Shown here in pieces: positions 13,230 through 25,600 of a DNA stretch of 58,436 bases. This stretch comes from Vermamoeba vermiformis. Lineage: Eukaryota. The stretch is from NCBI GenBank assembly GCA_045837725.1, contig JBEWZL010000132.1, forward strand, positions 248,001 to 306,436. The letters run 5' to 3'. A model generated the notes under the pieces. It did no database searches and was not told the DNA's origin. It worked only from the letters and a program-made list of their open reading frames with translations. Within the stretch, counting starts at the first letter, position 1; every line of letters starts with the position of its first letter. A program made the position numbers and the translations under genes.

Positions 13230-16065
13230 TTACAATCGTTTTTTCAAGATTTGTTGCGCCATTTGTTCGAGATCAATCTTCCGCTTCTTGTTCGAGACAG
13301 GTGGTGCTTCTTCGCTGTCACTCTCCTCACTCGATGAAGCTTGACCTCTCTTTCGCTTCTTGTTGCTGCCCTTCGTGAACTGTGGCTCATCACTCTCGGA
13401 CTGGTCTTCATCGTCCATGTCGCCCTCATCATCGTCATCGTCATATTCATTCTCGTCGCTATTATCGTCGTATTGATTGTCTTCATCGTCCTCTTGATCG
13501 CTGTATTCGAACACTTCACCTTCACTCGGCGGCACTAGCACTGCACCGCCCATCGCATTCTTTTGGCGATGTTCTTCACGGCGCTCCTCTTTCTCGCGCA
13601 ATCTCTTCTCACGTTTTTTCTCTCGCTTCAAGTGACGTTCTCGGACCTTGTCAACCACGTCTTCGTTCTCCACATTGGAGACAATGCGTTGAATGTACGG
13701 TGACTTCACGTTGTCTTCTTCAAGCGGTGCTACGCCAGCAATGCGTTTGTCAACGCGTGCTCGTCGGCGCTCTTGCACAGGGTCATAGCCTGGTTCATGC
13801 ACTTCAGTGTGCTGGTCATCACCACGCTTCAACGTCAACACGTCATCGCTGTCCTCGTCGCTGTTGGCTTGATCTTCGTCCTCATCCACCAACTTTGCGC
13901 GGTGTTCGTACTCCATGTTCTTTTGTTTCAACAGCTTTTCAATCTTGCCCACTTCTTTTTTCGGCTTTTTAACGACAATCATGTCAACTTCCTCGTCTTG
14001 GCCGTCAGGGGCTTGTTTCTTGTACAGTCTGTCCATGTCTTTCATCTTCTGGTCCAAAATAGCTTGACTCTTGTCAACTTTCTTGCCCTTCAAGAACTTG
14101 ATCTTGGGCACACCGACCAGACCGTACGAGCCTGCAAACTCTTCGTGCGGCAGTTTGGCCACGTCAAAGACTTCTTTGTTGGACATTAAAAACACTGAGC
14201 GCAAGTACGAGCGCAGAGCTTTTTGGGCCAAAAACTTCATGTCAGGCTCTTTGGAGAGAATGGACTCGAGCGATGACGTGATTGAGATTGTTTTGGCAGG
14301 ATTGACTAACAATGCGTTAGGATGAATACTAAATACTACTGTAGGATGTACCTTTGATTTCTTCAATGGGAATCTTTTTGTTCTTCAATAATTCGACCAT
14401 TTTCATCTCCGAGGGCACAAGGAACAACAATGCACGGCCGTTGGATTCGTAACGCGCAGTACGACCGACACGGTGAATGTAAGTCTCCACGTCTTCAGGA
14501 CAGTCCATTTGCAACACCCAGTCAATGCCTTTGAAGTCGAGACCTCGTGCTGCCACGTCAGTAGCGAACATAAATGCTGCGAATCAAGGGTCAGTCACGA
14601 GTGGATGCAAATGACACGTGTCAGAGTGTCACTAGTACGTACCAGCATCGAGTCCGCTGAACTCAAAGTAAGTCTCCATGCGCTTCTGTTGACTCATCTT
14701 GCCGTGCAGGTGCATCAAGGGCACACCAGGTCTGAGTCGTCTGAAGGCCTCGTAAATGAATCTGACTTGTTTCTGACTCGAGAAGAAGACGAGCGCTTTC
14801 TTCTTCAAGTGGCCCTTGATGAACGACCACAACAGATTGGTCTTCTCGTGCAACTCGCACTCAATGTAGTTCTGTTCGAGCTGCTGTGGCGTGACCCACT
14901 GTGCCATGGCGTGCACTGAAATGTACTCGGGCTCGTGCAGTGACAGGCGGGCCAGGGACTTGATCGACGTCGTCTGTGTCGCGCTGAACAGCAGTGTTTG
15001 ACGTGTGGTGGGCAAGTGTTCGAGAATGCCGTTCAAATCTTTTTCAAAGCCCATATCGAGAATTCGATCGGCTTCATCGAGCACTATGGGTATTTCCATA
15101 TTAGGAAAGTGCAAATATTGAGCAGAAAATAACAATTCAAATTCATACCTAACATTTGCAAGTTTTGTACGTTGAAGTCAGGAGTCTGATCCAAATGTTG
15201 CAACAATCGACCAGGGGTAGCTATAATAATATTCATATTCGCAATGTGTTTCTGCTCTTCGCTGAAATGTTTGCCACCAATGACAAGACCAGCTGACAGC
15301 GAGTGGTGTCTGCATCCAACCTTGCGCAATACTTCGAAGGTCTGCAGCGCAAGTTCTCTCGTCGGGGAGATGACAATAGCACCTAGTCCGTCATATGAAG
15401 ACCATTTGGATCTGTACAGCTTCTCGATCAGCTGTTACAAGAGAATTAAATGTTAGCTCATATTCTATTGGATAGTTACCGTTTAAATTATTCGGGCAAT
15501 ATTGCTAATTTATCAGTAATTTCATATAAGCTAGTATTAAGGACTTACGGGAACAATAAAAGCAAGTGTCTTGCCAGATCCAGTTTTGGCGGCACCCAAA
15601 ACGTCTCGTCCGCACAAAATATGAGGAATAGAAGCACGTTGAATATCAGTCATCTTAGTAAAGCCGTGTTGTTCGAGACCTAAGCGAGTTCTTTGTGACA
15701 ACGGCAGATCTTTGAACTCCTTGGCTGCTGGATAATAGACTTGATATTCGGTTGATTTCTCGTCTTTGCCGTCTTGTTGGTTTAAATCCTCGGCTAAGGG
15801 ATTTGTCTAAATAATTAAATTATTAATTTTGAGTTTCGGGATTTGGATCGGATCGCCAAAAATTAAAAAAATTGGTTACAAATAATTCCCTAACGCCAAC
15901 AATAACATTAGACATATTATGAAATATTTTTCTACGCATTTTTAATTGAGATCTTACTCCTGGAGGTGGTGCATCTTCTGCGATCTGTTTCTCCAAGCGC
16001 TGAATTTCATCGTCTTCAGTGACTCGTCGCTCTAAGCGCACCTTACGTCGTTCAGACTTCTTCAT
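13230..16065 (-). CDS. DDX10: DEAD-box RNA helicase DBP4/DDX10
   Basis: [57 protein letters not shown], long acidic/basic tail. Confidence 0.92.
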
Positions 16066-16262
16066 ATTGGTTAGGTGTGCGTATTCGACAAATTTAATCA
16101 AAAATGACCACCCTCAAGAAAAAGATCTGAAATGTCGAGCTCGTCCCAACTGCCAGGTCGTGAAATAGCATTTTTTATCGCGTTAATAGCATGACTAACA
16201 TCCAAAAGACATTTATTTTACTAGTTTGACAAATGAAGCAACGAGTCAATCGAGCTTGCGAT

Positions 16263-16923
16263 CTAGTGGTTGCTAGGTTCAAATCCCATGAGCTCGACGT
16301 CGAAGATCAAACGAGCATTGGCGGGAATGGTAGGAGGATAGCCGCGCTCACCGTAGGCCAAGTGAGGAGGGATCTTCAAGCGACGCTTCTCACCGACGCA
16401 CATGCCCAAGAGACCTTGATCCCAGCCCTTGATTACGGCGCCAGATCCGAGAGTGAAAGTGAATGGAGTGCCGCGCTTGAGACTAGTATCGAACTCAGTA
16501 CCGTCTTCGAGCTTGCCCTGTTGAGACATACAATCAGAAAAGTTGTTACGTAAACAGATTACAACCGAATTTGAATAATTAGTAAAATTGCACTAAAAAA
16601 TCGTAATATGCTAAAATACTGATGTTCAATCAATCGAGTATCTGAGTAATGCTTGATCGACGTTACTGGAACAGAAAAATATTTTTTGAATTTTTTTAGA
16701 TTGAAAGATACTTTGTAATGCATTGAGACGGTGTCTCCCTTTTGAGACTTGCGTTCGCAAGTATCAGGGCGTTTCTATGGAATTGTTAGTAAGTTTGATT
16801 GCTGTAGCTCGCTGTACGTGTCCGTACCAAAACTCCAATCTGCAACTTATCAGCAGCAGAGGCATAAGCAGAGAAGCAAATCAGCACGAGGCCAAAGGCA
16901 GCGAGCAATGTACCGCGAGACAT
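16263..16923 (-). CDS. FKBP2: Secretory-pathway FKBP-type PPIase (FKBP2/FKBP13-like), 3 exons
   Basis: Signal peptide [23 protein letters not shown], then [52 protein letters not shown]. Confidence 0.9.
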
Positions 16924-17116
16924 TTGTGGTGTTATGACGAATAAAATTTGTAATTGATGGCGAATTTGTTTGCCTGATTTTCAAAACACAAAATGAACGC
17001 AAGAACAAGGAGTGTGTGCAAAGCTGGAAGAGTTTAAAAAAGTTCGTTTATAAAACAAAAATCTATATCTGAGACTACCCAGAATAATACAGTCTAACAG
17101 GATCAAGCAACAGATC

Positions 17117-19689
17117 TTATTTGCCGAGCAACTTGGCAGCAGCTTCAGCAACACGTTCGGGGTTGAAACCGAACTTCTTGTGCAATTCCTTCAAAGGAGC
17201 GCTAGCACCGAATGAGCTCATGCCGATGGAGACACCCTTGAGGCCAACGAAGCGTTCCCAGCCGAGAGTTGAACCCTTCTCAACGCTGACACGAGCAGTG
17301 ACGTTGGGAGGCAAGACAGAGTCCTTGTACTCTTGGGATTGCTTCTCGTAGAGCTCCCAAGAGGGCAAACTGACAACGCGGGCCTTGATGCCCTTGGCCT
17401 TCAACAAGTCAAAGGCGTCAGTGCACAAGTGGACCTCACTGCCGGTACCAATCAAAATGACTTCGGGTTGGTGATCCTCGCAGTCAATCAACACGTAGCC
17501 ACCCTTGGCCAAACCGCTGGCAGGGGCGTACTTGGTTCTGTCGAGGGTGGGCAAGTCTTGACGAGTGAGCACGATAACGCTGGGCTCGTGGTGGTGTTGC
17601 AACATAACTGAAGAGGAACATTAGTTTCAAGTAATACGTAGTACTACGTAAGGCATTCGAAACTTACCCTTCCAGGCCTCAACGACTTCATTGGCATCGC
17701 AAGGACGCAAAGTGACGAGGTTGGGGATGGAGCGCAACGACAACAATTGTTCGACAGGTTGATGGGTGGGACCGTCCTCTCCGACGTCAATGGAGTCGTG
17801 AGTGAAGACGTGAATGACGGGGATTTCCATGATGGCAGCCAAACGAATACCAGCCTTGGCGTAGTCGCTGAAGATCAAGAAACCAGAGCCAAAGGGGCGG
17901 ACCTTGCAGAGGGCCATACCGTTCATGACGGAGGCCATAGCGTGCTCACGAACACCAAAGTGGAAGTTGCGGCCAGCAAAGTTCTTGGCACTGAAGTCAC
18001 CAGCACCTTCAAAGGTGAGACGAGTCTTGGTCGAGGGAGCCAAGTCAGCAGAGCCACCAATGAGCCAAGGGATGTTCTTGGCAAAGGCGTTCAAGACGGT
18101 ACCAGAGGAGACACGGGAAGCAATAGCCTTGCCAGCAGGGAATTCAGGCAAGTCCTTGTCCCAACCCTCAGGTAACTTGCGCTTTTGAATGGCAACCATC
18201 TCGGCGGCAAGTTCGGGGTATTGTTTCTTGTATTCCTCGAACAACTTGTTCCAAGACTCAACAGCGGAAGCACCACGCTTGCCGAGACCGTTGGCGAAGT
18301 GTTGAGGGACCTCAGGGGGCACCAAGAACTTGGCGTCCTCGGGCCAGCCGTAGAACTTCTTGGCGGCCTTGATTTCAGCTTCACCGAGAGGTTCACCGTG
18401 AGCGGCGTGAGAGTCTTGTTTGTTGGGAGCACCGTAGCCGATGTGGCTGTCAACGATGATCAAAGTGGGGCGATCAGTGGTGGCTTGGAAGGTCTTCAAA
18501 GCACGCTCCAAGAACTCGGTGTCGTTGGCATCAGCAACACGAGTCACGTTCCAGCCGTAGCCGACGAAGCGAGTAGCAACGTCTTCGCTGAAAGCCAAGT
18601 CAGTGTGACCTTCAATGGTGATGCGGTTGTTGTCGTAGAGCCAGCACAAGTTGTTCAGCTTCAAGTGAGCAGCAAGAGAAGCAGCTTCGCTGGAGACACC
18701 TTCCATCATGCAACCGTCACCGCACAAAGCGTAGACATTGAAATTGAACATGTCAAAGCCAGGCTTGTTGTAGCGAGTGGCCAACCACTTGGAGGAGATG
18801 GCCATACCAACAGAGTTGGCGAGACCTTGGCCGAGAGGACCGGTAGTGGTCTCAATGCCTGAGGTCCAGCGGTACTCGGGGTGACCAGGGCAGCGACTGT
18901 CGATTTGACGGAATCGCTTAATGTCTTCAAGAGGCACTGACAATTGACCCTGCGGATGTTACACGCTCGTTAAAAAAAAATTCGATCGTGTAATTACGCA
19001 TTGTAAAATACTTACCAAAACTTCGTATTGAGGGTTAACAGCCTTGACTTGAGCCAAGTGCAAAAGCGAGTAGATCAACATAGAAGCGTGACCGATCGAG
19101 AGCACGAAACGATCTCTGTTGGGCCAGATAGGGTGCTCGGGATCATAGCGCAAAAACTTTTGCCAGATAGTGAAGGCAACAGGAGCCATGGCCATAGGAG
19201 TACCTGCACAATTGGACGTTACAATTTGTGGCAAGAAATTCGTAATTTCATTTTTGCGATTGATCTCCAACTCTAATAAAAGTTCGAGATAACGACAAAA
19301 TATAAAGAAAATAATGCAGTGTTAATTTTATGGATTAATTAGGAAAATATTTCGACGACGATCTGAAAACTCACCAGGATGACCAGAGTTGGCAGCCTAT
19401 TGAAAAGGTTCATTAGTAAGGTGATTAGGGTATTAAAATTATGGGTAGTAATTTTAAAGTCTATTTTCAGCCAATAGAAAAGATTCCACGCTTGATTTTT
19501 ATGGAAAGTTCTAGACGGATACTAGAACGAACCGTTGCAGACATGCTAGCAAGTAAGCACATCTCAAATTATGATCTACGTATATTTTACGAGTCATACC
19601 TGCACGGCGTCCATGGCCAAGGTGCGGATGGTGTTGATAGTCAATTGATCGAGCTTCTTTTGCTCTTCAGCAGCGTGTTTATCAGCCAT
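17117..19689 (-). CDS. tkt: Transketolase (bacterial-type sequence), multi-exon including a 22-nt micro-exon (AANSGHP)
   Basis: [58 protein letters not shown]. Confidence 0.95.
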
Positions 19690-20502
19690 TTCTACGCAAA
19701 CACAGCCGATTAGTTCTGTTAATGAGATAACAATTAAGTCTTGCTTACTTGTTGTTGACAGTGCCTTTGAAAGATGAAAATATTCTGACAAAAAATTGTT
19801 TTTATTTTTAGATCGACGGCCCAACAGAAGCCTTGCATTTCTTCTAGAAGCGGCAAAGTACACCCACACCCCTACCTTTTTTTTCTTCACGCTGAATAAC
19901 ACTCGCCTCAATAATCTACGACAGGTCATACAACATTACGGATTTGTTAGATCATAAAGGGCCTTAATTATGGCGCAACCGAATAGCTATCAATAGATGG
20001 GAACGAGTTTGCACGTATAACATTGACAGGTAAAAATCCGATGAATTCTATAAAGTTCCGGTTGATGAGCCTTTGGATAGTCCGCGAATCCATGTCGCAG
20101 GATAAAATTGCTCACCGTCAGGTAGTAGCAAATTCTTTGTTGCTCGCATAAACACGATGGCGCAACTCGTTTGACGGAGGCTTTTGGAGAATAAGACTCT
20201 GAGATGACTTTAAGAGGGATCCAATCCGTTGAAGTGGCCCTAGAGACAACTGTCCGTCTACTAACGCTAGATTTTGCAGCTCTGTAGTTTCATCAGGCAA
20301 AGTTACAGAGTTGCCGTTGGAGATTGACAGTTGTCCAGACCCTAAGTTGCAATTGCCTATTTTAACGTTACTCGTGTAATATACAACATTTATTTGGTTA
20401 GAACCAACGCAGGTTCTCTTCGCTTTCTATACAAAATCACTAGAAGAGTAAATCCCTTTAAACAATGAAGAGCCTTGATCGGGTTCTTCCAGTACGCGCA
20501 GA

Positions 20503-21868
20503 TCAGCTCGACGATTCTTCGCTGGAACTGTCTTGCGATACACTCTTCTTTTCTAAGGCATGATCGTGCGACTTTTCCAGATGTTCTCCATCTTTTTTAG
20601 GTTTCTTATCGCCCTTTTTAACTTTCTTTGGACGCAGATGTGATGCCAGCCATTCAAAACCGTTTTCAAGACCCTCGTCCATTTTTTCTAAATAGCATTT
20701 GTTAGTATATTGACACGATCGTAATAAATCATTGGCTATTTTAAAAATATTGTCGAAGTTAGTGGTGCGATCCAGATTAGCTTAAGGCGACGAGTTATGC
20801 GTCAAATAATGAACAATAGCGTTAGTATCAATATATACACGTACCTGATGTCGCACAAGTGCATTCAAAATGCCATTCGTGTTTATCTGGAATACTCCTC
20901 AGATCCAAGGCCTCTATCAGCTGTAATAATGCGATTATGAGTATTACAATATAAAATAATACGATACATATATGTAATTATTAGTATAAATGAAGCATCG
21001 CCAAGTAAAGGTTCAAATATCAGATCCGCAAAACACGTAAATAATAAATATCGTGGCGCATTAGAAATTCATCGATGTAATGAATATGTTACTATTATGA
21101 TTGACTAGGACATAAATAGTACTATTATTAATACCTTTTCTTTTGATAAAGCGTGCGGTAGATCAATTTTGTTGGCGAGGATCAGCAGTTTAATATTCTT
21201 CATTTCTTTCTCTGTTAATATTCTAAATAATTCGTGTCTTGCTTCGTCTATTCGGTCCCTATTAATTATCAATATTAATATTGCCATCCAAGCCGATCAG
21301 AGCCCAAATATTAATTTGCAAGAAATGTTGACGTAAATATCAGAGTATTAAGCGTACTTATCAGCCGCATCGACTACAAATATGATTCCTTCGGTGCCTG
21401 AATAATAATGGCGCCATAGACCTCGAATCTTGTCCTGACCACCGACATCCTGCATAATTTATCGATTGTTAGCATTATTTAAGAGGGAAGTCGGTGGGAA
21501 TAGTTCGTATTGCTTACCCATAGACTAAACTGAATATTTCCAAATTTGACTGTGCGCCGCAAACAAAAATAAAGTTAGATCGGGATCTGAATACAAATAT
21601 TTACAAGTACCTTCTTCAGAATTAAAGCCAATTGTTGGGACTGTAACGATCGGCTTGCCTAGGGAGAATTTATATAGAAGAGCTATATTAGAATGAAGGA
21701 CTACAACAGTCAAATACGAGTATAAATCTGAAACTAAAAAAATATTTTAAAATGCAATCGCTGATCGATGGAGTATAGGATACAAGTCTTTCCAGCCCCG
21801 TCGAGGCCCACCATAAGTACGCGTACTTCTTTGTTGGATTTGACGAGCTTGGACCAGTTCTTCCCCAT
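20503..21868 (-). CDS. ADP-ribosylation factor family GTPase (ARF6-like) with charged C-terminal extension
   Basis: MGKNWSK (Gly2), [44 protein letters not shown]. Confidence 0.88.
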
Positions 21869-22080
21869 CTTGAATGTTTAATGAATAATAATTACTTAAA
21901 TATGGAACTACTTGTGGACGCGTAGTTCGTTAATGTTATTGTCAACGGATCTACAGTAAAAATAAAATTGCTGACGCTGCCTGTCGGAACACGAAAATTT
22001 GGATTCGATTTCCGACATTTCCTGAACACATCCACGTCTACGACAACAAATCCGATTTATCAACCTTTACATAATTAATC

Positions 22081-22534
22081 ATGGCTGACAAGGCAAAGTT
22101 ATTTGAAGTAAGTCAGTCCGAGGAATCTTAATTTGACATTACCACCTTTTACAAGCGAATAAAATAATTGATATCCCTCAATATTAATTCTATTATTGTA
22201 TTTCGCAACTCGCTTGTGCATTGCTTTTTTGATTCTCCAAATAGATTTTTTGTTGGATCCAAATTCAAACTCGCAGTAATTAACCAATTCTTGCAGCAAA
22301 AAATCAAAGAAGCCAATCCCGAGCCACCTAAAATATCCAAGCCCGCTAAGCAGCGCACTTGGACTCCTAACGCCGTTGAACAAGGAGGCAGCTTGGATTC
22401 TGGTCATTACGTCAAGTAAGCACACTTTAACCTTATAAATTATTTACTAATGAATTACTAGACAAACTGTTGCGAAGAAAGGTTACGCTGAAGGACAACT
22501 TCCGCCCAAAAAATCAATCGCAGATCTGCCTTAA
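22081..22534 (+). CDS. Small (about 72 aa) uncharacterised protein, 3 exons
   Basis: GT-AG splicing gives MADKAKLFEQKIKEANPEPPKISKPAKQRTWTPNAVEQGGSLDSGHYVKQTVAKKGYAEGQLPPKKSIADLP*. Confidence 0.65.
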
Positions 22535-22609
22535 AATATCTTCACAGATTCTCTACTTGTATCATATATTCCAATACACCGCTTTAATTACATCTATATA
22601 CAACCGGTC

Positions 22610-25600
22610 CTATTCACTCTTTTCGTCAGTCTCGTGCTCATTTTCATCTTCAACCACGAGTCTCATCGTTACTTTCACGAGTGAGTCCTCGCCAATGCCG
22701 ATGTCCACAAGTTTGACCTGAGTGAATTCAGGCACCACGTCCAACACGCGCGCATATCTGCCCGAGCCTATGCGCAGCTCTACAGCCCACGCAGACGACA
22801 AGACAATGCCGAGCTCGTCCAACAAATCGCCGATGCGTGCGTTGATCTTAATGTACACTGTGTGCATGTGAAATTTCTTCTCGAACTCTTGCACGTGAAT
22901 CACTTTGAACTGCATCAATCCTTTGCACGCTGAAGCGACAATGCCGTGCGGTTTCAATCGTCCTTCTGATATGTCTGACAGCACGTTGTCGGGATTGTTT
23001 TCATTGCGTTGTGCGATGAAGATATTAATGTCCATTCGTTTCACATCGGCCGGTAGTTTCTGCGACAAAAGTCAGATCTTTGCTGGGAGAGCGAGTTAAG
23101 TAATTCGTTACATACTGTGAAATATTTGCCCAAGTAGTATCCAATCGCACTCAGAATAGCACCGAGCGAGGCCTTGGAGGTCATTTGACCACCAGCACTG
23201 GCCAACAAGGGGAAGTTGAACACGAGTACTTTGTCGTCGCCCTTCGTGATGACAGCGTCAGCGTAGTCCTTGAATCCTTCTTTCAAGAACGCTTTAGCGG
23301 CCTTGAACACATTGCCGGGACTGCCAGCTCCTGAGGCCTCTTGTCCACACACGAGCCACAGTTTGAATCGGTCATTGATCATGTCAAAGGCCTTGCAACC
23401 TCCGTACTTGGGCACAGCTTCACCCTGCTTGCCTGACAATCGATCTAATTCACCCAACTTCTTCACGGCATATCTCAATAGTGTTACTAGTGTTTGCGTG
23501 CCGTAGACTTCGGTCAGGGTGTATAGATCATCACCGACTTTAGTCAATCCAATTGACGAGGCAACTGTTAAACTAATTGTTAGGACACCAAATAATAGTT
23601 ATTCAGAAAGAGACTCACCGTGTCCTCGAATAGCAAGTGGGTCCATAAACTCGTTCCTTATAATTAGTCTTCCGAAGTCTTCTAAGGGGATTGTAATTTT
23701 GTTGAACGGTGAGAAGTTGTGTCCGTTCAAAATATTACTCGTACGCTGAGGCAGGCCAGATGTCGGTGTTTCATTCGTGTTTGAAGGCAGAATGTAGTTC
23801 AGTTGAGGTACTGGTGCCACCCAACCCATTGCCGCTATTTCCCTAGAATAACATTAGAGCTTCGTCCTTTGTAAATCACAAGGCACTTACTTTAATGTCT
23901 TTTGCAGCAGTTCTACGCGCTTAGGGAACGGCAAGGTAGGGTCGAAGTTGATCGTGTGAATGTTGTAGTTGATCTGCAAGTGCTGCACACGTGTTGGAGC
24001 GACTTCATCAGGTGTGAGCCAAAAGTGCGGTCCAATGCCACCACCGAGACCTTCAGACACTTCATCGAGAATGCCCAACAAGTCACGATCTCTGAGTGAT
24101 GTGCCGATGAAGAAGAAGCTGTACTCCGATGAAAGCTGTCGCAGCAATTCATTCAGTGAAATATCTTTGACCATGATAGCACGATAATCCGCGTGACTCA
24201 ACACGAGTTCCTTCTTCCCACGTGGTGTGAAATCTCCGTGAAGTTTGAGTAACATTGGTGGTCTGCGCATTGACTTCAATTCAGCGTAGAACAAGTGCAC
24301 GTCCTCTCTAAATCTGACTGGGAGATGAGTGCCTTCACGCTTGGCCATGCGATTGGACTTGGAGTATGCAGGACTGGCGTAGGCCTGTTCGAGCATGGTG
24401 TCCCAGTTCGTGGTCAATACAGCGGGCCACGGACCAGTGACGAGAGGTTGAAGTTCAGCCAAGACACGCTGCATCACTGAGCGGTGATTGGCTTCAACTC
24501 TATCAATGGCACTCTTCTCGGTCTCTATGAACTTCTTTTCAATGCAGCTCCACATGTTCTTGCCTTGTTGCTTCAACTTTGCAGCACCAAACTGTGCCAA
24601 CACCGTCAAGTCCTCGCTGTTGCGCGCCTTGTCGTACTCGTCTAACTTGCCTGCTTCTTCCCACAACAACTTGACAACGCCTTCCCATCCTCCGTAGCTA
24701 ATATTAAGAGTTATTAAGTATATGTTACAATTAGTAACGTGACCTACATGCTCCAAGTGACACCAGCGCCGACCCAAGGAATGACACGTCGTTTAGCGAG
24801 TCGATTGATGAGTGCTTCGCGAATGCTGGAAGAAGCAAGTGACTGGTCCAGACCACTCTCACCGTCGCCGAGAATAGATCTGTATTTGAGCTGCGGTGGT
24901 GACGGTGTGGAGCGAGGAGGTTTTGGACTGTCTGGTACGATCGGCGGCAAAAATTTGTTGGGCACAGGCGTTGGTCTCGTTGTAGAAGGCAAGCCCGAGG
25001 ACGGAATGAATATCACCCCGTCGTCTGATGCGCTCATCTTGCTCGGCAAAGTCTTTGATGGCGCTACAAAAATAAGAACGTTAACCACCAATTTAATTTT
25101 TGCTACAAGATCAGCTCAAAAAAAATTAAATCGCCGATTGAGTCATAAGCTGGTCATATCAACGTGAGCCGAAAGATTAGCAGTCTTAGGCTTTAGTTGA
25201 TTATGCGCAGTACATCGAAGTGTGCTACCGTTACACCACAGGACCGTAGGCCCTGCCAGGAGTCGAACCTGGACCTCTCGAGTGAGAGTCGAGAGATGTA
25301 CGCGCAGAGAACCAGCTCGTGCAGACATGAGAGCGGCGCAAGGTGGTCGTGCGCGTTTAAGGAGGTCGTTTAAAAGTTAGATCGCAGCTGCGATCGGCCG
25401 AAGACCCAAAATTTAATATAATAATACTTCGTCAAGATACAATAGCTATTGTACCATTATTTTGAGCTGTCGGTTCGAAACAATTTACAGCAATAAAAAT
25501 TCAAATTTACCTTTCAACAGCGATTTGGCTTTTGGCAAGCTTCCCTAAATAAATACAATATTTAAGGATTTGTTGTATATAAAGAGGCAGTTCAATTTAC

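Noticed and set aside
17121-19276. Long plus-strand ORFs overlapping transketolase
   Set aside because: Antisense frames kept open by strong codon bias; no motifs.
25143-25328. 61-aa minus-strand ORF MSARAGSLRV...
   Set aside because: Coincides with the GC-rich structured RNA inside an intron; no protein features.
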